A DNA stretch of 32,000 nt from Candidatus Lokiarchaeum ossiferum (GTDB lineage: Archaea > Asgardarchaeota > Lokiarchaeia > Sigyniarchaeales > Promethearchaeaceae): NCBI GenBank assembly GCA_025839675.1, contig CP104013.1:2730001-2762000 (forward strand), given 5' to 3'. The notes beneath the pieces are model-generated. The model saw only the letters and a program-made list of their open reading frames with translations, did not search any database and was not told the DNA's origin. Shown in pieces: positions 17,589 through 25,282 of the stretch (positions are counted from its first letter, which is position 1; the number at the start of each line of letters is the position of its first letter). A program made the translations under genes and the position numbers.

Positions 17589-18389
17589 TTAGAAGAAATC
17601 ATCCAAACTCCGAAATTTTTTGAATTCTTTGAGTCCAAGACCTAAAGCCTTTTTGAAATCATTTACATCACGGGGAGAAAAACCCCGGAAATGATTATTG
17701 AAAATGACTAAAATATCCGTTAAAGAGGGATTATTATTTAGTGATTGCACATTCACGATCAAATCATGCCATTCTTCTGGTTGTTCTCGTTGTAGATGAG
17801 AGAAATCGGTTAAACTTCGATCCCCAATCATGCGAATATACTGAAATGATTGAGATGATTTATAAAAGGAAGATAAATTTGGCATATAAGTAGTCGCCAG
17901 TGAAAACCGCTCATCTAATGGAAGATCATCTAAAACTTTAGGAACGAACCAGGAATTATGGCGTAATTCGAAAACATAATGATTCCGCTCTGGTAGAAGA
18001 TGAATTAAGGTGGTTAGGAATTTCTGATGGGAAATAGATTCCACAAACCGGGGAGGGAACTGAAGTAGATAAGTTTGAATTTTGGAGGAAAGAACACTGA
18101 GAGAAGAGAAAAAACGCTGCACTGCCTGCTCTAAATCCCCATTTCCTTTGCGATGAGTTATTTCTTGCCACATCTTGACCGCAAAACGGAAATGATCTGG
18201 AGTTTTTTCTTTCCATGACAGTAAAGTCGATTGAGACGGAATCGCATAAAAAGTGGAATTAATTTCGGTGAAATCAAAAAATTTGGCATAGTAAGACAAG
18301 TAATCGGATTTTTTCAAAGCTTTTGGATAAAATTGACCTTTCCAATCGTCGTATGACCACCCAGCCGTCCCGACCCGTATTGTTGTCAT
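17589..18389 (-). CDS. DUF72 (UPF0759/YecE-like) protein
   Basis: IRVGTAGWSYDDWKGQFYP, YLSYYAKFFDFTEINSTFYAIP and the HFRFAVKMWQEITH pattern are typical of DUF72. ATG 18389 is preceded by AAAGGAGAAAGGAAG (Shine-Dalgarno-like); the track start at 18455 adds 22 unsupported codons. Confidence 0.8.
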   Translation of the reverse strand: MTTIRVGTAGWSYDDWKGQFYPKALKKSDYLSYYAKFFDFTEINSTFYAIPSQSTLLSWKEKTPDHFRFAVKMWQEITHRKGNGDLEQAVQRFFSSLSVLSSKIQTYLLQFPPRFVESISHQKFLTTLIHLLPERNHYVFELRHNSWFVPKVLDDLPLDERFSLATTYMPNLSSFYKSSQSFQYIRMIGDRSLTDFSHLQREQPEEWHDLIVNVQSLNNNPSLTDILVIFNNHFRGFSPRDVNDFKKALGLGLKEFKKFRSLDDFF

Positions 18390-18634
18390 TTCTTTCTTCC
18401 TTTCTCCTTTAAGAAAATTGCTTCCAAAACACTTCGGATTCATATATCTAAACAATTTTTTCCCTTAAAAATAGAATCCAATATATTAATCCGCCATTAT
18501 GGCTGTTTTTTTATATTGCAAAATAAGATCAAGAATAGATCTTTTTCTGAAGTATTAGGTGAAATGCAATCACAGTAACAGAACCCAAAGATAATAAATT
18601 ACTTACCGCTGAAGAACTGTTCAAATCGGGGAAA

Positions 18635-21343
18635 ATGCCGGAAATGACCAAACATTGGTATAGTATCCGTAAACAGTATCCCGATAATTACTTGCTCGCA
18701 TATAGAATGGGGGATTTTTATGAGTTTTTCTATGATGATGCAGTGAATGTCTCAAAATATCTCGGTTTAACGCTCACGAAACGTGGAAGTGGGCCAAGCC
18801 GGCACCCCCTAGCAGGCATCCCCCATAAAGCGACTCAACATTTTAAAACACTCGTAGGACAAGGGCAAACTGTGATCATCGTTGAACAATTGGAATCCCC
18901 AGCAGAAGCGAAAAAAGCGAAACGGATTGTCAAGCGAGGAGTCGTTCGCATTTTAACCCCTGGCACCATTATAGATAATGATCTATTGGAGAGCAAGTCC
19001 TCAAACTATATTTGCACTATATATAGAGAAAAGAAAAATTATGGGGTTGCCTTTTTAGATCTCTCTAGTGCGGATTTCTTTACTTCCGAATTCTTTGGAA
19101 AAAATGCCATCCGAGCGTTATGGTCAAATATTGCTCGATATTCACCCGTCGAATGCATCCTCTCTAGCGAAATTTTAGCAGATTTTCCTTTTATGGCAGA
19201 ACTCCGCGAAAACACCAGCATGATTATCAAGGAACATGGGCCCTACCATTTTAACTACTCCACTGCCCGAGAATTACTCTTAAAACAATTTAAAGTCCAA
19301 AATTTAACTGGATATGGAATCGATGATAAAAAATTATCCATTTGTGCTGCGGGAGGACTACTTTCTTTTATTAAAGATGCACAGAAACGGGAATCCTTAG
19401 ATAATTTAAAGCGGATCAAATATCTCCAAGACGAAGATTATATGTTCTTGGATATCAACTCCCAAAAGAATTTGGAATTATTACGCAATCAGAGTGATGG
19501 TGGTAGTTTTGGGAGTTTATTCGAAGTCTTAGATGACACAAAAACTCCAATGGGTACTCGGCTATTAAAATCTTGGATTGTGCAACCACTTCTCTCAAAA
19601 GCCACCATTGAACAACGTCAAGAGATTGTGCAATTTTTCATTGAAAATTATGATCTTCGCCTGACTTTGCGCGAATTTTTAGGTCAAATTGGTGATTTAA
19701 GTCGTTTAATTTCTCGTATTAACTATTCCAATACTGTCAATGCCAGAAATTTACTTCAGATTCGCAATGGTTTGGAGATAATTAAAGAAATCAAAGAAGA
19801 ATTTGCATCCTACGATAATCCCTTGGTAACCTCAATTATTGCCCAACTTGCCAGTTTTGATCATATCATCGAACTTGTTGGGAAAGCAATTCATGAAATG
19901 CCTCCCAATACGATTACTGAAGGAAAAATCATTAAGGATGGTTATAATGCCCAGGTTGATGAATATCGAGATATCTTACAAAATGGTAAAAGTTGGATTC
20001 TCAAATTTGAAGCCTCGGAAAAAGAAAAGTTAGGAGTCAGTGCAGGGGTTAAAATTTCCTATAATCGAGTGATCGGATATTTTATCCAAATTACCGAAAA
20101 TGCAATGAAGGGGATCACCATTCCAGATGATTATATCCAACGTCAATCTATTAAAAGTGGAATTCGCTATGAAACCCCCCGTTTAAAGGAAATGGAAGCC
20201 AAAATTCTGTCAGCAGATGAAAATGTCAAGGATTTAGAATACGAACTTTTTCAAGAAATACGAGCTCAAGTGCAAGCAGAAACTTTAGCGATTCAACAAA
20301 ATGCTGATATTGTAGCAGAATTAGATGTTCTTAGTAATTTTGCGGAGAATGCCCAAAATTACGGTTATTGCAAGCCCAAGATAGAATCTCACACACGACT
20401 TGTAATAAAAGAAGGCCGTCATGCAGTTGTGGAACAAATTAATACAAAGGAACGCTATGTTCCCAATGATTCATTATTAGATACCGAAAAAGAACAAATT
20501 TTAATTATCACGGGTCCTAATTGGAGTGGAAAATCAACTTATTTACGCCAAACGGCACTTATCGTCTTGATGAGTCAGATCGGAAGTTATGTTCCCGCCA
20601 CATCAGCAGAAATTGGGTTAGTGGATCGAATTTTCACCCGTATCGGAGCATCAGACGATTTAACCCGCGGTCAAAGTACATTCATGTTAGAAATGAATGA
20701 GATGGCCCATATTCTCAATTATACCACGAATCGCAGTTTGATTATTATTGATGAATTAGGACGGGGGACCGGCACGGTGGATGGCGAATCCATTGCACAA
20801 GCCGTGTTGGAATATCTCCATGATTATGGTGTGAAAACCCTCTTTTCCACCCATTTTCACCAATTAATCAACTTAGATATGCCCCGGGTGCACAATTATC
20901 ATTTTAAAATCATTGAAAAGAAGGATTCCCGCGAATTAGTTTTTCTTCGCCAATTAACCGATGGAGGAACGGATAAGAGTTATGGTATCCATGTAGCAGA
21001 AATGGCAGGACTTCCTGCCCGTGTTATAGATCGAGCTTTCGATCTAATGGAAGAAACTTTCAATGGAGAAACTCCTAAAAACACACCTACTCGGACAAAA
21101 CCAACTCCAGAGAGCAAAGGGCAAAAAACCTTACCCATCGTAAAAAAACAACCTGAAAAATCTGAGGCAACATCGATCTCCAAAAAGCGGAAAAGGGTCC
21201 AAACCAGCCTTTTCCCAGTCAAACGTTACGATGATTCGGAACTGGTGATTCTCCTCCGATCCTTGGATTTAGATCATATGACCCCCATTCAAGCCTTTGA
21301 GGCCCTTATTAAATTAAAACGGAAACTCAGCTCGGGTGACTAA
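18635..21343 (+). CDS. mutS: DNA mismatch repair protein MutS (MutS1 type)
   Basis: 902-aa ORF. Mismatch-binding domain with YRMGDFYEFFYDDA (Phe-x-Glu), Walker A GPNWSGKST, STFMLEM, Walker B LIIIDELGRGT, STHFH, and a C-terminal MTPIQAFEALIKLKRKL helix preceded by a Lys/Pro/Thr-rich linker. Confidence 0.95.
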   Translation: MPEMTKHWYSIRKQYPDNYLLAYRMGDFYEFFYDDAVNVSKYLGLTLTKRGSGPSRHPLAGIPHKATQHFKTLVGQGQTVIIVEQLESPAEAKKAKRIVKRGVVRILTPGTIIDNDLLESKSSNYICTIYREKKNYGVAFLDLSSADFFTSEFFGKNAIRALWSNIARYSPVECILSSEILADFPFMAELRENTSMIIKEHGPYHFNYSTARELLLKQFKVQNLTGYGIDDKKLSICAAGGLLSFIKDAQKRESLDNLKRIKYLQDEDYMFLDINSQKNLELLRNQSDGGSFGSLFEVLDDTKTPMGTRLLKSWIVQPLLSKATIEQRQEIVQFFIENYDLRLTLREFLGQIGDLSRLISRINYSNTVNARNLLQIRNGLEIIKEIKEEFASYDNPLVTSIIAQLASFDHIIELVGKAIHEMPPNTITEGKIIKDGYNAQVDEYRDILQNGKSWILKFEASEKEKLGVSAGVKISYNRVIGYFIQITENAMKGITIPDDYIQRQSIKSGIRYETPRLKEMEAKILSADENVKDLEYELFQEIRAQVQAETLAIQQNADIVAELDVLSNFAENAQNYGYCKPKIESHTRLVIKEGRHAVVEQINTKERYVPNDSLLDTEKEQILIITGPNWSGKSTYLRQTALIVLMSQIGSYVPATSAEIGLVDRIFTRIGASDDLTRGQSTFMLEMNEMAHILNYTTNRSLIIIDELGRGTGTVDGESIAQAVLEYLHDYGVKTLFSTHFHQLINLDMPRVHNYHFKIIEKKDSRELVFLRQLTDGGTDKSYGIHVAEMAGLPARVIDRAFDLMEETFNGETPKNTPTRTKPTPESKGQKTLPIVKKQPEKSEATSISKKRKRVQTSLFPVKRYDDSELVILLRSLDLDHMTPIQAFEALIKLKRKLSSGD

Positions 21344-22437
21344 TGACCTCTCCAGATTCCTTCAGCTTTCGGTCAAAATTTTCTTCGGAAGAAGAAAAAG
21401 AAAAAGCCTTGGTTACTCAATATCGCGATCTCTTACACCAAAAACAGGGAGAACTCCAAAAAACATTACAAGCGGGGTTAAAATCATTTCATGAAGTAGA
21501 TCTAGCGCAAGCGGCGCGTGAATTTCGAAAACTGGCGAATGATCTGAAATTATTAGAAAAATTGGCTACCGATAAGGGCAATCATACCGATCGGAATACC
21601 CTTAATGATCTCTCTGGGAAACAATGGATTCAACATACAAAAAGTTGGGTGGTTGTGGATGGTAGGCCGGGGAGTATCACCAAGGAGATCAAAGATCATC
21701 CCGCCAGTTTTCCTCCTTCGCTCGCAGAATTTTTCATATCCTACTTTACTAAACGGGGACAATGGGTTATGGATCCGTTCATGGGAATTGGTAGTACTGT
21801 TGAAGCATGTTTTACAACCCAACGGAATTGTTTTGGGACTGAACTCAACCCTAAGTACTGTGAATTTGCCCAATCACGAATTTCGAAAATACTGAACAAA
21901 GATAAAAAACGTAAAGAAAACATACCCAAAGATCTCCAATGGAATATTTTCAACTCAGATGCACGGAATGCCACTTCTTTATGGCAAGATCAAAACACCC
22001 CTCCCATCGATTTTCTGATTACATCCCCTCCCTATTGGAACATGCTCAAAAAATCCCGAGGTGGAGTCAAATCGGTTTTAAAGCAAAGGGTGGAAAAGGG
22101 ATTAGACGAGTATTACAGTGAATCTCAACATGATTACGGGAATATTGACGATCTTGCTGGATATTTATCTCAACTCACTGATTTATTCGTAAGTTTCAAA
22201 CCTCTATTAAAGCCAAAAGCTTATCTCATGATTATTCTCCAGAATTGTCGGCCAAAAGATGGTGAGATGCGCCCCATTGCATGGGATTTTGCCAATCACA
22301 TGAAAGAACATTTTATTTTGCGACAAGAATTTATTTGGTGCCAAGATCAGAAATTTGCTGGAATTTGGGGTTATCCCACGACATATGTCTCCAATGTCCA
22401 CCACCATTATTGCTTAGTATTTCAAAATTCCAGATAA
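21343..22437 (+). CDS. orphan N6/N4-type DNA methyltransferase (motif order I then IV)
   Basis: 364-aa ORF. HPASFPPSLAEFFISYFTKRGQWVMDPFMGIGSTVEA (AdoMet motif I, nt 21772-21798), then IDFLITSPPYWN (motif IV, nt 22024-22035), then YGNIDDLAGYLSQLTDLFVSFKPLLKPKAYLMIILQN. The ATG overlaps the mutS stop codon (TAATG). Confidence 0.85.
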   Translation: MTSPDSFSFRSKFSSEEEKEKALVTQYRDLLHQKQGELQKTLQAGLKSFHEVDLAQAAREFRKLANDLKLLEKLATDKGNHTDRNTLNDLSGKQWIQHTKSWVVVDGRPGSITKEIKDHPASFPPSLAEFFISYFTKRGQWVMDPFMGIGSTVEACFTTQRNCFGTELNPKYCEFAQSRISKILNKDKKRKENIPKDLQWNIFNSDARNATSLWQDQNTPPIDFLITSPPYWNMLKKSRGGVKSVLKQRVEKGLDEYYSESQHDYGNIDDLAGYLSQLTDLFVSFKPLLKPKAYLMIILQNCRPKDGEMRPIAWDFANHMKEHFILRQEFIWCQDQKFAGIWGYPTTYVSNVHHHYCLVFQNSR

Positions 22438-22519
22438 TCATTATATTATTATATCAATTTGATTGGATCTTGAATCAAAATCATGAATATTTAAATTTAG
22501 AAAGAACGGTTATTTACTT

Positions 22520-23842
22520 ATGATTAACCGTCCTCTTGAATTTTACGAAGCAATTCATGCGTATAATTGTGTTGGATTGGTAGCGTTTATTAATGCAAAA
22601 TTATCTAAAGATGAGATCGATCAAGCGTGGTATTACACACAACTTCGTCATCCCTACCTACGTATGAACCTTAAAAATGATGAGAGTCTTCCATATAAAC
22701 TACGATTCCAAGAAAGAAGTGCGTTAAAATCGATTCCAGATAATCAATTCTATTCAGAAATCGGGGATATAACAGAACAATCTTGGAAGTTAACATTACA
22801 AGAAATGACAAGCCAATCCCGAAAAGATTATCCTGAACTATGGTATCTCAGATTACGATCAAATCAAAAACTGACCGATCATCAGTTGTTTTTCATGATT
22901 AATCACTGTGGATCGGATCTTATCGGAGCTTTTGCGATCTTGGATACCTTTTTGAATTTCTTAGACAAAATTCTCTCCCAAGAACCCATCCCTGATGTAA
23001 AATCTTTAGAATTTCTGAATATTCAAGCCCACATCCCTCCTGAAGCTATTGAAATCCCATCGTTCAATAAAACAAAACCTTTTTTACCGCCTTTAAAATA
23101 TCAATCAAACCTCGATCCAAATGATCCCGCTCCTGTATCTGCGGTATGGTTTGATTTTGACAAAGAAAAAACGGAAAGATTTCTAATAGCATGTAAAAAA
23201 CATAATGTTACTGTACAAGCAGCTATCTCCTGTGCAGAGATGCTTGGAGTGACAATTAATTCTCTAAGTCTCACACCCTTTCCTCATCATATGCTAATCT
23301 GGATTCCTGTGAACTTGCGACCTTATGTAACCCCTCCAATTAAGAACGAACATTCAGTTTGTGGGACTTCAGCGTGTATGTGGGAACAAGATGTCGATTC
23401 TGAAATGAAATTATGGAATTTAGTCCAAGAAACAACTCATCTTATAAAAAGGGGGCTTGAATCCAAGTATCCATTAAAGTTTAGGTTTGATGTTCAAAAC
23501 CAGTCGAACATAATGGTAGAACCCAATCCATTCACATGCATGGCATCTTCTGTTGGTAATATATCTATTCGGACCAATTATCTCGGTTTCAATCTTCTTG
23601 GAGTCAAAGCTATTGCGGGGGGTTATGATACACCCCGTGTATCGAGTGCGGGAATGGTAGCCCATGCCTATACAGTTCACGATTGCTTTAATGTCACCTT
23701 TGGATACACAAATCCATCGTTTTCTACCGAATGGGCATCCAATTTTGCGAAGATTATGGAAACCTTTCTCACCATTCTCGCAACAGACAAAGAAGGAAAT
23801 CAAACCGTTGCGGAATTTATTGCAAATATAACAAATGGATAA
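22520..23842 (+). CDS. stand-alone condensation-domain-like (PapA5/CAT-fold, HxxxD) acyltransferase
   Basis: 440-aa ORF. The N-terminal RPLEFYE...LSKDEIDQAWYYTQLRHPYLRMNL resembles condensation/PapA5-type N-termini. The active-site-like FFMINHCGSDLIG supplies H129-x3-D133 (nt 22904-22918). Confidence 0.55.
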   Translation: MINRPLEFYEAIHAYNCVGLVAFINAKLSKDEIDQAWYYTQLRHPYLRMNLKNDESLPYKLRFQERSALKSIPDNQFYSEIGDITEQSWKLTLQEMTSQSRKDYPELWYLRLRSNQKLTDHQLFFMINHCGSDLIGAFAILDTFLNFLDKILSQEPIPDVKSLEFLNIQAHIPPEAIEIPSFNKTKPFLPPLKYQSNLDPNDPAPVSAVWFDFDKEKTERFLIACKKHNVTVQAAISCAEMLGVTINSLSLTPFPHHMLIWIPVNLRPYVTPPIKNEHSVCGTSACMWEQDVDSEMKLWNLVQETTHLIKRGLESKYPLKFRFDVQNQSNIMVEPNPFTCMASSVGNISIRTNYLGFNLLGVKAIAGGYDTPRVSSAGMVAHAYTVHDCFNVTFGYTNPSFSTEWASNFAKIMETFLTILATDKEGNQTVAEFIANITNG

Positions 23843-24398
23843 ATACTACTGCTTTAGAATCTCAGTTATGATTTTTTTATTTGATCTATAATATGGTCTG
23901 TAGTATGTTCCCTATATTCAATCGAAACGAAATTTTTATCCTTTCATGTTTAAAATGAAAAAAAAGCGATTTGCTTCTCTCCTGGATTGAAAGTTTAAGA
24001 TTTTCCAAGTTTTAAATATTTAGAATAGAATCCTATAATTTATTTAGTGTATAATTTATACATAATTCAATCACTTAATGTATGTTTCAAACACCCATCT
24101 TATATACTTTAGTAATATATTGTATATTAGGTATTATAATTAATTGCGATACCAAAAAAACTTATGGAGGAAAAAACCATGGACCCAATATTTGATCCTG
24201 ATATGAAATTGCTTTTATTTTTCTTATAGAGTCTCAATTATGAGCAATTTTTTTTTACAGATTCATGCCCTAATTTCGAATAAAGTCACCAATCAACTAG
24301 GAAAAGTATTGAATACTATTTTAATACAGGTTTAGTGCGAAAAAGATGCTGAACTGCAATAATTTCAATTAAATATCATCCTTATTAGCATAAAACAT

Positions 24399-25130
24399 TT
24401 AACTTTTGGATTTCATAGTCCAACTATATTGGTTTATTTCTTCAGGATATACGAATTGGATTTTTTTATTGTGGAATTGATTAATAATTTGAGGAAAAAT
24501 ATCAGAAGATTCGAGATGATCATGAATTAGGATTATTTCATGCGAATCAGATTGTAATCCACGGCCTTCTTCAGGTAAATTTTCATCCATTCTTCCAAAA
24601 ACTTTTTCAACACAATCAATTCCGTGAATGGGATTATCTGCATTAATTGACCAGTCTAAAGTATCAAAGGTCCATAACCAATCAACATCATCATCCAATT
24701 CTTTATGAAAATATTTATAGTCTATTTTTTCGAATAGAGGTCTTTGATAGCCATTATTTTTAAGATATCGTTGAATAGCATCTGTTTTCTCTTTAGGACC
24801 TTTTTTTTCACCATAAGGAAATCTAAAATATTTAGGATAGCTCTTTATTCCGGCTCTGTGATATATCTCTTTAATAATCAGATCCGTTTTTGATATTTGG
24901 TTAATGCAGCTTTCTAATGATAATTCGGGGAAATGTGGATGGTCAAAACTATGATTTCCGATAATAAAACCATTTTCAATTGCTTTTATTGCAATTTCTG
25001 ATCGCTTTTCTAAATTAGAGCCAGTACAAAACCAAATAGCTGGGATGCCAGAATTAATTAAAAAATCAAGCTTTTCATTCATTTTTTCAGATGGTGCATC
25101 ATCTATAGTTAGATATACCTTTTTCATCAT
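24399..25130 (-). CDS. polysaccharide/chito-oligosaccharide deacetylase (NodB homology, CE4)
   Basis: VYLTIDDAPS (motif 1, TxDD) and IGNHSFDHPHF (motif 2, H-S/T-x-x-H), then FRFPYGE (motif 3). The track start is TTG 25151; ATGs are at 25130 and 25127. Confidence 0.85.
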   Translation of the reverse strand: MMKKVYLTIDDAPSEKMNEKLDFLINSGIPAIWFCTGSNLEKRSEIAIKAIENGFIIGNHSFDHPHFPELSLESCINQISKTDLIIKEIYHRAGIKSYPKYFRFPYGEKKGPKEKTDAIQRYLKNNGYQRPLFEKIDYKYFHKELDDDVDWLWTFDTLDWSINADNPIHGIDCVEKVFGRMDENLPEEGRGLQSDSHEIILIHDHLESSDIFPQIINQFHNKKIQFVYPEEINQYSWTMKSKS

Positions 25131-25189
25131 TGATTTAATCCCACATAGCAAATCTTATATTTTGTTCTAAATTAGTTTTATTATTGATG

Positions 25190-25243
25190 ACTACTCAAAG
25201 TAGTTACATTTTTAGTTTATAATAAATATTGGTATTTGAATCT
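25190..25243. promoter_or_regulatory. shared promoter/operator module, copy 1 (ACTACT-N3-AGTAGT palindrome + A/T box + AAATATTGGTAT + GAATCT)
   Basis: Lies in the divergent deacetylase/SIS intergenic region. ACTACTcaaAGTAGT at 25190-25204, AAATATTGGTAT at 25224-25235, GAATCT at 25238-25243. The same ordered blocks recur at 30094-30153. Confidence 0.5.
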
Positions 25244-25282
25244 GTTGCTATATTAGCACTAAATTAAATTTTGTGATAGAGT

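Noticed and set aside
21553-22407. Five ORFs of 60-106 aa overlapping the methyltransferase gene in other frames or on the other strand (21553-21873, 21605-21895, 21741-21974, 21939-22121, 22207-22407).
   Set aside because: The methyltransferase frame carries clear family motifs along its whole length. The overlapping ORFs have none.
23474-23803. 109-aa minus-strand ORF inside the acyltransferase gene. The same applies to similar nested ORFs at 103-351, 1094-1279, 1458-1697, 6130-6360, 6841-7476, 7603-7821, 10555-10752, 11567-11863, 12377-12682, 14379-14600, 15500-15701, 17956-18216, 19039-19230, 19839-20033, 20980-21222, 25579-25821 and 29224-29433.
   Set aside because: All sit inside longer ORFs that have recognisable domain content. 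None shows motifs of its own.
24023-24033. 11-mer GAATAGAATCC followed by a TATA-like sequence, shared with 17542-17552.
   Set aside because: My rough estimate for this composition and window size predicts hundreds of chance 11-mer matches, and the flanks do not align.
24105-24114. TACT-tt-AGTA, an operator-like palindrome with a 2-nt spacer in the 556-nt intergenic region.
   Set aside because: The spacing differs from the N3 spacing of the two strong copies, the outer AC/GT positions are missing, and the companion boxes are absent. A 4+4 palindrome like this is likely chance in AT-rich DNA.
25185-25190. TGATGA (C-box-like) next to the operator palindrome, and another at about 9163. Either could have indicated an archaeal C/D-box sRNA.
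   Set aside because: No CTGA D or D' box occurs at the required ~12-nt guide spacing, and there is no C' box or terminal stem.
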